Shown in pieces: positions 18,475-28,443 of a stretch of DNA of 64,000 bases. A program made the position numbers and the translations under genes. The DNA is taken from assembly GCA_029570205.1 (NCBI GenBank), contig JAKQSI010000048.1, positions 20,857 to 84,856 on the forward strand. The letters are read 5' to 3'. Under the pieces are notes generated by a model that was given only the letters and a program-made list of their open reading frames with translations, ran no database searches and had not been told where the DNA came from. Positions within the stretch are counted from its first letter, which is position 1. Every line of letters begins with the position of its first letter. Source of the stretch: Candidatus Omnitrophota bacterium. Its GTDB lineage: Bacteria > Hinthialibacterota > Hinthialibacteria > Hinthialibacterales > JAKPRU01.

Positions 18475-21400
18475 ATGAATAGATCCATACCACTCAGCAT
18501 TTGCTTAATTATCGGCATTCTCAGTCAGCGCCTTCATGCGGACGGTGTGCAAGCCCGTCTGAACAACACTGCCGACAAGGAACAGTATGTCAGTGCCGTA
18601 ACCCGGGGAGAGGGATATATGCCGTGGCAGAAACCGGGTATCTCCGATGCAGAGCAGGCTTTCCGCATGGAGATAGAGAACATGAAGGACGAGTATCTTG
18701 CCGCCCGGACCACGGTCGAGCATCCCGTTTTGCTCACGAAGGAAAACCTCGAACGTGCCCGGCGGAACATTGAGCAAAATGACTCTGCTCGAAACTGGTT
18801 TGCCGGTCATAAACGACTGGCGGATGCCGTGGCAAGCCGCCCGAATGGCTATGTGGAGAACATGATCAGTGAATTGACGCCCGCGAACACGTACGGATTT
18901 ACCTGCCCGAACTGTGTCGGTAAAGACTCCCAGGAATGCGCCGGTTCTTCCCTGATCGACTGGTCGCCGGATAACCCGGATGTGATCCGGTGCCGGCGGT
19001 GCGGGCAGGTTTATCCCGACGAAAAATATCCGGAGACGGCCGTTTTACGGTGCCCTCGAATGGGGCAGGAGTTTACTTATTACTTGAATGACCGGGAGCG
19101 CCTCCATCCGGACGACCGAACCGGACAATATGCCTGGCATTGGGTCGGCTACCCGATGCACATCAGTTTCTCCGGTGTCGTGCGCACTGAGAAGTGCGAA
19201 TATATGTTGACCGCCTTGCGAAGTCTGGCGCTTGTTTATGCGCTTGAGTCGGATCCGAAATATGCCGCACCGGCTATTGAAATATTGACCCGGTTGGCGC
19301 ATTGTTACCGAAATTGGCTATATCACGATTACTGGGACACAATCGCAGATTGCGATCCACTGTATGCCGCCTGGCATGACCGGGAGTTGCCGTTGGAGTG
19401 GAAAAGACATCTATGCGCCAATGCGTTTGCGAATGATTCTCTCGACAAGGCCGCCATGCTTCAGGGATATTGGGGGGCCGGAAGATACCATCCCAGTACG
19501 GACAACATCGGCGTTCTTGCGTCGATCTGTCTTGCTTACGACCTCCTTTACAATGCGTCGGATACCCAGGGTAATGCACTATGGACTTCGGATATGCGTT
19601 CGATAGTCGAGCGGGATCTGATTCTCGAATGGGAACTCGGCGCGGAACCGTATCTGGGGGGGCACAACAAAGCAGAAAACAGCAATAATAAGGCGCCCCG
19701 CATCTATCACGCGCAGGCCGCTGTCGCAAAATGCCTCGGCATTCCTGTCTTGGCAGATACCGCGTTGCGCGGATATCAGGTAGTGAGGGACGAGTCGTTT
19801 CTGAATGATGGATTCAGTACGGAAAGTCCGTCTTACACAGACATGTACCTCTCCGAATTGCTTTGCATTCCGGAGGTTCTCTATGGATTTGTCTGGCCGG
19901 ATGGGTACTCCGGTCGGGACGGTAAGGTTGATCTGTACAGAACCGATACGCGCTTGCAACTGATGTACCGTTCCGTCGTCGATCAGCTGCGCCCCGATGG
20001 GCGGTTTCTTCCATTATCGGATACGAATGAACAGTCCGGCCCGAGCGCGGGTATAATCGAGATCGGGCTTGCGCGGTACCCGCAATGTTTCGAGTCGCGC
20101 CTTCCGGGAAGCCTGTTCGCCGGCCTCCCCACGGAATATGGGATCTTCCATTTCAACTCCCTGGTTTTTTCCGCGCCCTCGGATCTGGTTATGCCGGAGA
20201 TATTGTTCCCCGCATGGATGACAGCGATTCTTCGCCACGGGGCCGGTCCTCTATCCTCCGTCGCGGCCTTTCCTTTCAACCCCGAGGGTGGCCATCGCCA
20301 CGATGACAACCTGGCGTTATTCTACGTGGATTGCGGCCGGACAATTCTGGGCGATCTTGGCTATGTCGGCGACATGCCGGTTAACGCATGGATCAAGAGC
20401 AGTCTCAGCCACAATCTGGTGATCGTTGATGATAAAGGACAAGTACAGAAAGGTCGCCGTCCGTCCCTGTTCATGATGGCGACGTCCCCGGGCATTTCGG
20501 TTTGTGAAGCATCCTCGAATGGCATCTACGAATCGTGTAGCGAATACCGCCGTCTGATTGCCATGATCAAAGGGCCGGATTCGCATTCTTTTCTTGTAGA
20601 CATATTTCGAGTAACGGGTGGAGCCAAACACATCTACCGCATTTTCAGCGAACTTGCTTCCAGTGATGTTGCCGACGCTTCTCTATCGTTTGAGGGCCTC
20701 TCCATGCCGGACGAACCGCCGCTGCCTCAGGTTGGCGGAAGCCTGGAGCGCGAAGATATATTCGGATTGCGCGATGTCCGCGCTGCGGATAATCCGCCTC
20801 CGTCCTGGAGTGCGGTTTGGCAGGAGACGGATCGGCGGTACCGTCTCCGAATGCTGTGTCCCGTGCATCGCGTGGAGGCATCGAACGGCCCCGGACAGAG
20901 AACGCTTAGCGAGTCCGGTCGGCGAGTTCGCTATGTCGACTCGATCCGTCAGGGCGAGAACCTGCGCAGCACCTTTGTAGCGATTCACGAACCATGCGGC
21001 GGAAATGGTAATCTGCCGATTCTCGCCGCGGAACGGTTAGAGGTTCCACCGAGTGCGGGAGAGAAAGCCATCGCGATCAAAATCCTGTCTACTTGGGGTG
21101 AATATCTTATTTTGAGCGAATTCGCGGAGGAAACCATTGTGAAGGACATCCGCTTCCAGGGTCGATTTGGCGTGTATTGCAGGCCGTCCGGTGGATCGAA
21201 TTGGCTATTCGCATTGGGGGCGAAGACCCTGATCCAAGAAACATTCGGCTTTTCCGATATGCCTGCGGAGTGGCACGGAGGCGTAGAGAATAATTCGGAG
21301 AGTGTGGTCGTTTCCACAACAGCGAGGCCGGCAAAATGGCCTGATGAGTCGAAAGAGGTCCGGAATTATCTGATCGCATCCGATGGCAAGTACACGACGG

Positions 21401-21507
21401 GATTTCCAGTCGGTGAAATACGGGAAAAGGAAATTCATACAACGCGATTTCCGTTGCCGCCATTGGAGACATTCCAGGTATTTGCGGTACAGTACATAAA
21501 GGAATAG
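18475..21507 (+). CDS. secreted heparinase II/III-like polysaccharide lyase family protein
   Basis: 1010 aa with a signal peptide. Alpha/alpha-toroid-like N-terminal half and a beta-rich C-terminal half, with 'HNLVIVDDKGQ' typical of the heparinase II/III C-terminal domain. Assigned from pattern only. Confidence 0.35.
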   Translation: MNRSIPLSICLIIGILSQRLHADGVQARLNNTADKEQYVSAVTRGEGYMPWQKPGISDAEQAFRMEIENMKDEYLAARTTVEHPVLLTKENLERARRNIEQNDSARNWFAGHKRLADAVASRPNGYVENMISELTPANTYGFTCPNCVGKDSQECAGSSLIDWSPDNPDVIRCRRCGQVYPDEKYPETAVLRCPRMGQEFTYYLNDRERLHPDDRTGQYAWHWVGYPMHISFSGVVRTEKCEYMLTALRSLALVYALESDPKYAAPAIEILTRLAHCYRNWLYHDYWDTIADCDPLYAAWHDRELPLEWKRHLCANAFANDSLDKAAMLQGYWGAGRYHPSTDNIGVLASICLAYDLLYNASDTQGNALWTSDMRSIVERDLILEWELGAEPYLGGHNKAENSNNKAPRIYHAQAAVAKCLGIPVLADTALRGYQVVRDESFLNDGFSTESPSYTDMYLSELLCIPEVLYGFVWPDGYSGRDGKVDLYRTDTRLQLMYRSVVDQLRPDGRFLPLSDTNEQSGPSAGIIEIGLARYPQCFESRLPGSLFAGLPTEYGIFHFNSLVFSAPSDLVMPEILFPAWMTAILRHGAGPLSSVAAFPFNPEGGHRHDDNLALFYVDCGRTILGDLGYVGDMPVNAWIKSSLSHNLVIVDDKGQVQKGRRPSLFMMATSPGISVCEASSNGIYESCSEYRRLIAMIKGPDSHSFLVDIFRVTGGAKHIYRIFSELASSDVADASLSFEGLSMPDEPPLPQVGGSLEREDIFGLRDVRAADNPPPSWSAVWQETDRRYRLRMLCPVHRVEASNGPGQRTLSESGRRVRYVDSIRQGENLRSTFVAIHEPCGGNGNLPILAAERLEVPPSAGEKAIAIKILSTWGEYLILSEFAEETIVKDIRFQGRFGVYCRPSGGSNWLFALGAKTLIQETFGFSDMPAEWHGGVENNSESVVVSTTARPAKWPDESKEVRNYLIASDGKYTTGFPVGEIREKEIHTTRFPLPPLETFQVFAVQYIKE

Positions 21508-21586
21508 ATCCGAAACAAGACGATCCCCTCGTGCATTCCAATGCGGACCCGGCAATTACCTGATCGACACGAGTCGCTTGGAATTC

Positions 21587-23293
21587 CTATAATTTCGTAA
21601 CTTCTACATAATCCATTCCGACCGTCGTGCCGGCCACGGACAGCCATGTCTCCAGCCTTGTGTCCCCCGCCTGGAGAGGTACGGAATCGAATAGACAACT
21701 TGTTTCGCCTGCCGGGGCCGATCGGCTCAGCATAACGTCGGAAAGCCGCAAGGAAATCTGCGCTGTTTCCTCACGCGCGCGAAATAGGCACTGAATGCGA
21801 TACGCGCCACCTTCGACTACCTTTACCTCCCAATGTCCCAGGGAATCCTCGCGCCATCCTGCACGTGGACCGCGCCAATCCTGCCGGGTCAGCACAGTCG
21901 GATTCTCGTATGGCGTGCCCAGGAAGATACGTGGCGGAAAATTACCATGCGTTTGCGTAACATCCAGGAGCCAATCCTCGTAGCCGGATCGCATGTGTGA
22001 GACAATGGTATCGTTCTCCTTTGCGATGTCGAATTGTTCTCCCGGATCGTTTAACAGGTCGTAGAGTTCATTTCCATTCACTAATTTGTACCTGTCGGAT
22101 ACGGCCGCGCAATTCCGGTATAATTCCGGAACGTCGCCTCGATGCCATTGGAAATAGAGAGTCCTCTCAGGAAAAGATCCGTGTCGATGTGTCATTAAAG
22201 GAAGAAGACTCGTGCCATCTATCGGATTCGAATCGGGAACAGGAATCCCGCAGAGATCCAGGAGAGTCGGCAGGATATCGATATGTGCGGCGAGACGGCC
22301 TATTGTCTGACCTGCCTGGAATGTGCCCGGCCATCGAATGAAAAACGGTACGCGGATACCCCCCTCATAAACGCTGCCTTTCCGGCCACGCAAACCGGCC
22401 GTGTATCTCGGCTGCTGGGGGCCGTTGTCTGTCATAAAAATGACAACGGTGTCCTCAGATAGATTCAGATATTCAAATCTCTTGAGGAGTTTCCCGATGT
22501 TCTCGTCGATGTTCTCTACCATTCCGTATACTTTGGCGGTTTCCTCATCTAACCCCATGGTTACATACGGTTGAAAATAGCGTTCGTGGATCTGAAGTGG
22601 CGCATGAGGAGCATTCGTGGCCAGATACACAAAAAAGGAACGATTACGGTTCTCCTCGATAAAGCGGATAGCCGCATCCGTAAAAATATCCGTACAATAG
22701 CCGGTTGTCGAAACCGGCTTTCCATTGTGTTGGAGAACAGGATCGAAATAGTTACTTCCCCATGGAGGGTCGGAAGGCTGGCAGATTCCGCCGCCGTTAT
22801 GAACGAGGGCTTCCTGGAAACCACGATCGATGGGCCGCATCGGATAGTTGTCGCCGAGATGCCATTTGCCGAAAATGCCGGTACGGTAACCGTGCGCAGC
22901 CAGGACTTGCGGCAGGGTTGTCTCATCGGGGTGCATCATGGCTCGTCCCAGGTAGGTATCCAGGACACCGGTTCGATAGTTGTACCGTCCGGTCATGAGG
23001 CTTGCCCGTGTCGGAGCGCAGACGGGCGAGACACAGAATCGGGTAAACTCTGTACTCTCCGAAGCCAGCCGGTCGAGATTGGGAGTACGAATGTATTTAT
23101 TCCCATGGCAGCCGAGGTCGCCATAACCGTGGTCATCGGTAATTATCAGGACGATATTCGGTTGTTGCGCGGTGTCGGTCCGTCGATTTCCGCGTGTCTG
23201 GGCGGCGAGGATCCGGGGAGCGGACAGGGTCATCCCCAGGGCGCACGTTCCCCGGAGAAGTGTTCGGCGGGTAAGGGTATGGGGCCGGCTCAT
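21587..23293 (-). CDS. Tat-exported sulfatase (formylglycine-dependent arylsulfatase family)
   Basis: Twin-arginine leader (LTRRTLLRG...). 'NIVLIITDDHGYGDLGCHGN'. 'CVSPVCAPTRASLMTGRY' (C-x-P-x-R FGly motif). Confidence 0.85.
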   Translation of the reverse strand: MSRPHTLTRRTLLRGTCALGMTLSAPRILAAQTRGNRRTDTAQQPNIVLIITDDHGYGDLGCHGNKYIRTPNLDRLASESTEFTRFCVSPVCAPTRASLMTGRYNYRTGVLDTYLGRAMMHPDETTLPQVLAAHGYRTGIFGKWHLGDNYPMRPIDRGFQEALVHNGGGICQPSDPPWGSNYFDPVLQHNGKPVSTTGYCTDIFTDAAIRFIEENRNRSFFVYLATNAPHAPLQIHERYFQPYVTMGLDEETAKVYGMVENIDENIGKLLKRFEYLNLSEDTVVIFMTDNGPQQPRYTAGLRGRKGSVYEGGIRVPFFIRWPGTFQAGQTIGRLAAHIDILPTLLDLCGIPVPDSNPIDGTSLLPLMTHRHGSFPERTLYFQWHRGDVPELYRNCAAVSDRYKLVNGNELYDLLNDPGEQFDIAKENDTIVSHMRSGYEDWLLDVTQTHGNFPPRIFLGTPYENPTVLTRQDWRGPRAGWREDSLGHWEVKVVEGGAYRIQCLFRAREETAQISLRLSDVMLSRSAPAGETSCLFDSVPLQAGDTRLETWLSVAGTTVGMDYVEVTKL

Positions 23294-23327
23294 GGTTAGC
23301 CTCCTGGGCGGTCTGTTATTTGCCGGG

Positions 23328-26228
23328 CTATTTCAACGATTCCAGTTTTCGGTCGATCCGTTCAATCAGTTCCGCGACGTGGTGTCGTTCCTGCATAAGA
23401 ATGTCCGGATCTTTCGTGTATTCGGTCAGGCTTTGCGCCAGGGTATCGGGGACAGCGAGAACGGTTGCAGCTTCATCCGTCAAAGCAAGAATATCGGAAG
23501 ATAGTTTTTTCCTGCCGACGAGCGCATCGAGCCTCTCTTTCAGTAGATAAAGGTACTCATAATCCTCTATTCCGTCCCGGATGAGCGCCAGGCGGAGAGA
23601 GGCAAGCAGCGTTTTATCCGGGCCGGGGTAGATCAAATGGCCGTCTCCATTGTGCCGGGTAAACGTATGGGAATTCCAGGAAATCTCGGGCCATCGTTTA
23701 CCGGAACGAACGGCGTCGAGCAGCGCGGGGTCGTCCAACGGCACAATCTCGCCGGTGGGTTCGACCGCCAGATTACTCCGCCACAGGTTGATTGCGTAAT
23801 ACAGAAATCCGGTGACCCGATACTTCCAGGTCTGCCAGAAGAGAATGCGCTGGTCGATTCCCTGGTAGTCGGTAAAGAAATTGGCATACGGATGTTTTGG
23901 GGCAACACAGACGTACCACCAGATCTCATCGCCTGCGGCCTGGCGCGCACGGCAGGTTTCTTCCTTATATTGGGAAGTCAGCGGAACGTAAATATCCACG
24001 CTCCCCGCCAGGGCCTCGCACGGCGGCTCTGTTGTCGCCCGGCGAAGGCCCGGATAACGCGAGCCTAGAAGATCGAAGATGTTTCGGATAGTCGGATAAT
24101 CTTCTTCATTCGGCTCATCAAACGAGTAACAATAGGCGATATCCAGCAGTCCCTTCTCTTTCAGGAACGGATAATAGTCATCGAAGAACGCCAGAATCTC
24201 TTTTTCCACTTCGGGAGTCCAGGCAATTCCCCGTGGGATATGTTTTACGTTATACGCCGTCATTCCCCGTTCCAAACAGAACGGGATATCTTCCTTTCGA
24301 GGATTCGGCTCCGATGAGTAGATGTTGGTGGGATTGAGGCGGTAGGACAGTAAAAATTCATAATAGTTCCTCAACAGATCCTGTGGAATATCCCCTTGGA
24401 TTCCGTACCAGGATTTGATTTCGCTTTCAAAGAAAGCAAACGCGGTTGTCAAATGCATCTTTCCCAGCGCAAAATTGTACACATGGACATTCAGGGGTAC
24501 GGTTCGAGGGGCTTTCCCCGCGGCCCGGATTTCGATTTGCCCTTCATAGACTCCGGCGGGAATGGCCTGGGAAACATGAACGGTTAGCCAAACCGGTTGA
24601 TGGGTTCCGGCAGGAACGGAAAACTCGCGATAGGGCAGCAGTGGGTCGGGTAGGGAACCGGTCAGGTCCGGTACGTATTCCGGTTCCCGGCAGGGAACAA
24701 ATCCGACCGGGTTTAAGTTGATGTCCTGCGAGAGAATCACGGCTTTGCGATCTTGAGATATCAAGTCACTCACCCGAACGGAAACATCGTTTAATTCTCC
24801 GGTTATCGGCCAAATGGTGAATTGAGCGGATTCATATTCGTTTTGGGCGAGTTCAATTGCTACGGACCCGTCGACGATGCCCGGTGGGGTAGCGGATTGT
24901 TCCACTTTGAGCATCGGAGAATACACAAGAACGGCAAAATCCGACGGCTCACGATTCCGGGCGAGGTCGTGCAATCGGGTCTGAACAAGAATCGTGGTAC
25001 GGCGGACATCCCTGGCCACTTCCGCGGCCTGTTGCGGAAACTGTTGCCACCGATCGAACGAAGGAGAAGGTGTAGCGAAATAGTCTTCCTGTTCCTTCTT
25101 GATCTCTTGAACCCGGGCCAGCACGCTGTTCCCCCGCTCAAGAATCTGCGCTGTGTCAAACGTGCCGGAAGCGGATTCCAGCTCTGCCAATGCGGCCCGA
25201 AGATCGCTCGTGTCTATCTCCGGCGGAGATCCCGCTTCGATGGGAAAAAGGCCGGTAGAATAAAGCGGATATTTCTCCGGCTGCAACATCATTTCCAGTC
25301 GAATCGACTCGGCATCGCTGGGAAGCGAAACGGGAATGGCCGTCTCGTAAGGTTCCCGGCCATAGTATTGGATTGTCTGTTCGGCGCGGATAGTTCCCCC
25401 CTGCTCACGTTGCACCTCCGTCACAATGCGCACATTCAGTTCATTCTGCTCGCTCGGAAGCAGTGTCATGCGCAGGATATGCGAACCGGGGAAAGTCGGC
25501 AGCGCATCCAGTGCGATCAGGCGCGGGCCTTGATGGGCAAACAGGATCGCACCGAACCGATCGGGGGCATAAAATGTGCCTCGGACCCGTGACCAGGAGA
25601 TCAGTTCTTTTCCCCCGTAATTTCCCCGGCATACATTGAATCCCCAATAATGTTCCATTCCCTCTTCGGCAGCGCCTTCCAGCCCGTTAAACGGAATTGC
25701 CGCTTCGACCGTGTATCCGTACTCCCAACAGAGAACTTTGGCGGTCAATTCAATGTTCCACGACAAGTCACGAGGTTCGTAGCCGATGATCTTCTGGTCG
25801 AGCCACGCGCCATTTGTGTTGATCTGAATCTGATAATAATCCGGCGTGTCCGACGAGGGATTCATGAAGATTTCGATGTGATCGTCCCGCCACAGATCGC
25901 GATGATCGCGCTCGGTTTGATCGCTCTGCGGAGGTCGGTTCGAGAAACACATGATCCCCAGGTAAAGATTGGCTTCATCATAGGCGAGGCGGGCCACCGT
26001 TCGGTCCTTCGCCGGTTGCGTGCCGTTCAGCCCGACAAACTCGTGCAGGGGCGTGGCCTGGAGCCAGCATCGGTCCTCCAGATTGCCGTCGATGACCGGT
26101 GCGGCGCATCGGTTTATTGTCACATACGGCTGATCGCCGGTTTCGTCATCCGATGCGGAAACCAGGCTTGCCGCACACAACAGCAATGTGAGATACAAAC
26201 TGGATCGATTCCATCGAAGAAAGTTCAT
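23328..26228 (-). CDS. secreted glycoside-hydrolase-like protein with N-terminal CBM9/DOMON-like module and DUF4091-type C-terminal region
   Basis: Signal peptide MNFLRWNRSSLYLTLLLCAASLVSA. 'VIDGNLEDRCWLQATPLHEFV' resembles CBM9-like modules. ~965 aa. Domain names are recalled from pattern, not searched. Confidence 0.4.
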   Translation of the reverse strand: MNFLRWNRSSLYLTLLLCAASLVSASDDETGDQPYVTINRCAAPVIDGNLEDRCWLQATPLHEFVGLNGTQPAKDRTVARLAYDEANLYLGIMCFSNRPPQSDQTERDHRDLWRDDHIEIFMNPSSDTPDYYQIQINTNGAWLDQKIIGYEPRDLSWNIELTAKVLCWEYGYTVEAAIPFNGLEGAAEEGMEHYWGFNVCRGNYGGKELISWSRVRGTFYAPDRFGAILFAHQGPRLIALDALPTFPGSHILRMTLLPSEQNELNVRIVTEVQREQGGTIRAEQTIQYYGREPYETAIPVSLPSDAESIRLEMMLQPEKYPLYSTGLFPIEAGSPPEIDTSDLRAALAELESASGTFDTAQILERGNSVLARVQEIKKEQEDYFATPSPSFDRWQQFPQQAAEVARDVRRTTILVQTRLHDLARNREPSDFAVLVYSPMLKVEQSATPPGIVDGSVAIELAQNEYESAQFTIWPITGELNDVSVRVSDLISQDRKAVILSQDINLNPVGFVPCREPEYVPDLTGSLPDPLLPYREFSVPAGTHQPVWLTVHVSQAIPAGVYEGQIEIRAAGKAPRTVPLNVHVYNFALGKMHLTTAFAFFESEIKSWYGIQGDIPQDLLRNYYEFLLSYRLNPTNIYSSEPNPRKEDIPFCLERGMTAYNVKHIPRGIAWTPEVEKEILAFFDDYYPFLKEKGLLDIAYCYSFDEPNEEDYPTIRNIFDLLGSRYPGLRRATTEPPCEALAGSVDIYVPLTSQYKEETCRARQAAGDEIWWYVCVAPKHPYANFFTDYQGIDQRILFWQTWKYRVTGFLYYAINLWRSNLAVEPTGEIVPLDDPALLDAVRSGKRWPEISWNSHTFTRHNGDGHLIYPGPDKTLLASLRLALIRDGIEDYEYLYLLKERLDALVGRKKLSSDILALTDEAATVLAVPDTLAQSLTEYTKDPDILMQERHHVAELIERIDRKLESLK

Positions 26229-26453
26229 ATTCGTGTCCATTCGGGTCTTGAGGATTTTCTCAAAAGGATATCGCAAAATCGCAGATGTGACAGGCCTTTT
26301 TGCGCCGTACAAGTTCAATTGCAAAAATTGGTTTCCCGGAATCAACCGCAGGAACGACCCAACCCAGATTCGTCGTCAATGTTCGTAAGTGGTTGATTTT
26401 AATGATGTGAGTCGCCATTATCGGCGCCACTTTCTGTATTTCTGCTTGGTGCG

Positions 26454-26484
26454 GGGATGTCGGGTCACACGACAATCCATCCCC
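26454..26484. other. stable hairpin (7-bp GGGGATG/CATCCCC stem, 17-nt loop) inside a 670-bp gene-free interval
   Basis: Sequence inspection of 26454-26484. Confidence 0.3.
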
Positions 26485-26910
26485 AAACTCCCGTAAATCT
26501 CCCGGTGTTTCGCCTCCACCACCTTCCGCACCTCCTCACTTACCTCGACCCCGTGAAATCCTCCTGCCCGCTCAGAGCCGTTTCGCACGGAACAACGCCG
26601 GTCGCGGACGCGGCGACAAATCCCCCCTAGCGACGCCAGCCCCTGTGTCCGGTGTCCGCACCCCTCTCCCAGGCCAAACCGTGACGAATTTGGGCTATGA
26701 CAGAATCCCATTCTGCCGGCCCAATTTGGACGCGAAGATATTTGCAAAAAGCGGATTGTGGACTATTATTATAGAGACGGAGATGGAATGGCGCTTTTCG
26801 GAAGGATCGGCTTTGCCGGATGAATCTTTGGGATTGTTAAGATTCGTTGTGTCGAAGCCGATATTTTTCCTGAATTAGTCCGTCCGGATTTTTGGCTCCG
26901 GTTTACGACA

Positions 26911-28308
26911 TTGAAGGATTCCATGGATTCGAAACATTCCGGGTACAGCTCGGCTCCCACCGCGAGGAGGATGTTTTCGCCTCACGAGCGGCTGTATTTC
27001 ATGGTCAAGAAAGATGTTAAGCAGCTCTTGGAGACGGGGCGGAAGTATTTCAATGAGGGAGATATCGAGCAGGCGATCAAGCAGTACCGGAAAGCCCTGG
27101 ATGTGGATGCCGGCTGTGCCTTGACCCATTTCAATCTGGGATACGCATATCATGAGGAGGGGCGCTATGAACATGCGCGGGAGTCCTATCTGAAGGCGAT
27201 TGAACTGGAGCCGACCTGTTCGCTTTTCCTGGAGCATCTGGCTCGGCTGAATTTCGAAACCCTCGATTACCAGGAAGCGATCAAGTTGTTCAACCGAGCC
27301 TCTCTGGTCGGTCCGATCCAGCCTTTGAGCCTGGGTCTCTGGGGCCGTGCCTTGTATGAGTCCGGTTTGTATGAAGAGGCCATCGCGGCTTTTGAGAATC
27401 TGCTCTCGCGTGAACAGCATCCGGCCATACAAGTCGGGGGATTGTTCTGGCTGGTGGTGGCGAATTTGAAGCTGGACCGGATTGCACAGGCCCGGGTTCT
27501 TGCGGAGGAACTGCTGAAAGCGCCGGAAATCGAACAGAAAATCCTGCTGGACCTGGGCGAGCATTTTTTGCGGGTCAGGTGTCTCGAATTGGGCCGGGCC
27601 ATTTTTGAGCGGCTCGCTGTGGAACATGAGGAGTTGGTCATTGCCCGGATGCGCCTGGAGGATATCCGCAGCCTGGAACAGAAGATCTACGAGACTCTTC
27701 CGAACCTTTTTGAAGGGGATGAGGAACGAGTCCTTCACAATTGCAGCACGTTGCGCAATTTCGGAAGTGATAAAATCTCGCGGGCGATGATTTCTTTACT
27801 GGATTCCTCCTCCCCGCTGATTCGCGAGGCGGTCCTGGATTACCATACGGCGTATGGATTCGATATTGTGGAGCAGGCGGCTCCTTTTCTGCATGATCCG
27901 GTTGATTTTGTCCGGCTCAAAGCGGCGGAGTATCTCGACAAATTGGATTCTCCAAAACACACGCCCCTGTTCCTTCCGCTGTTGGAGGATGAGAAGAGCG
28001 CCATCCGCAAAATGGCGGCGGGATTCCTGGCGCGCCATGGAACCATGGAACACCTGCCCCGCCTGGAAATGCTGTATCCCGGCGATGAGGACGGCAACGT
28101 GCGGATTGCAATGCGGGAAGCGATCTTCAAAATTAAGCGTCGCCACCAGGAGCGGGTAGATGCCATGGCCAACATGACCGTTGTGACCGAGCCGGAAGAG
28201 GTCGAATCCCCGCAATGTGTCTGGCGATCCAAGCCGTTTCGACTTGTCGAGGTTCTAGTCGTGCTGTACCTGATCTACAAGATCCTGTACCCGATTTTTT
28301 TCGGGTGA
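26911..28308 (+). CDS. TPR + HEAT/PBS-lyase repeat protein with C-terminal transmembrane anchor
   Basis: TPR-like repeats (AIKQYRKALDVDAGCALTHFNLGYAYHEEGRYEHARESYLKAIELEP). HEAT-like repeats (IREAVLDY..., VRLKAAEYLDKLDSP, IRKMAAGFLARHG). Terminal hydrophobic helix LVEVLVVLYLIYKILYPIFF. Confidence 0.6.
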   Translation: MKDSMDSKHSGYSSAPTARRMFSPHERLYFMVKKDVKQLLETGRKYFNEGDIEQAIKQYRKALDVDAGCALTHFNLGYAYHEEGRYEHARESYLKAIELEPTCSLFLEHLARLNFETLDYQEAIKLFNRASLVGPIQPLSLGLWGRALYESGLYEEAIAAFENLLSREQHPAIQVGGLFWLVVANLKLDRIAQARVLAEELLKAPEIEQKILLDLGEHFLRVRCLELGRAIFERLAVEHEELVIARMRLEDIRSLEQKIYETLPNLFEGDEERVLHNCSTLRNFGSDKISRAMISLLDSSSPLIREAVLDYHTAYGFDIVEQAAPFLHDPVDFVRLKAAEYLDKLDSPKHTPLFLPLLEDEKSAIRKMAAGFLARHGTMEHLPRLEMLYPGDEDGNVRIAMREAIFKIKRRHQERVDAMANMTVVTEPEEVESPQCVWRSKPFRLVEVLVVLYLIYKILYPIFFG

Positions 28309-28443
28309 ACGGGGTATTCCCGGTTGGCTCTTTGGTGCAATCCCCAATAAAATAGTGATTTGCAGTTAATCAAGATCAACGATCGTTTACAGGAACGCAG
28401 TTCATTCCGGGATTGAACAAAGCATCCTCCAGAGGTCATTCCC

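Noticed and set aside
26418-26747. 109-aa minus-strand ORF in the long intergenic region, ending ...RHPRTKQKYRKWRR (looked faintly ribosomal-protein-like)
   Set aside because: Low-complexity, Arg/Gly-rich, with no RBS or recognisable family. It did not match S21/L34/L36 patterns on inspection. It was kept only as part of the non-coding interval finding.
26875-27738. 287-aa minus-strand ORF overlapping the start of the TPR/HEAT gene
   Set aside because: It is entirely antisense to a plus-strand gene with clear TPR and HEAT repeats and a C-terminal TM anchor. It has no motifs. It is a typical high-GC shadow ORF.
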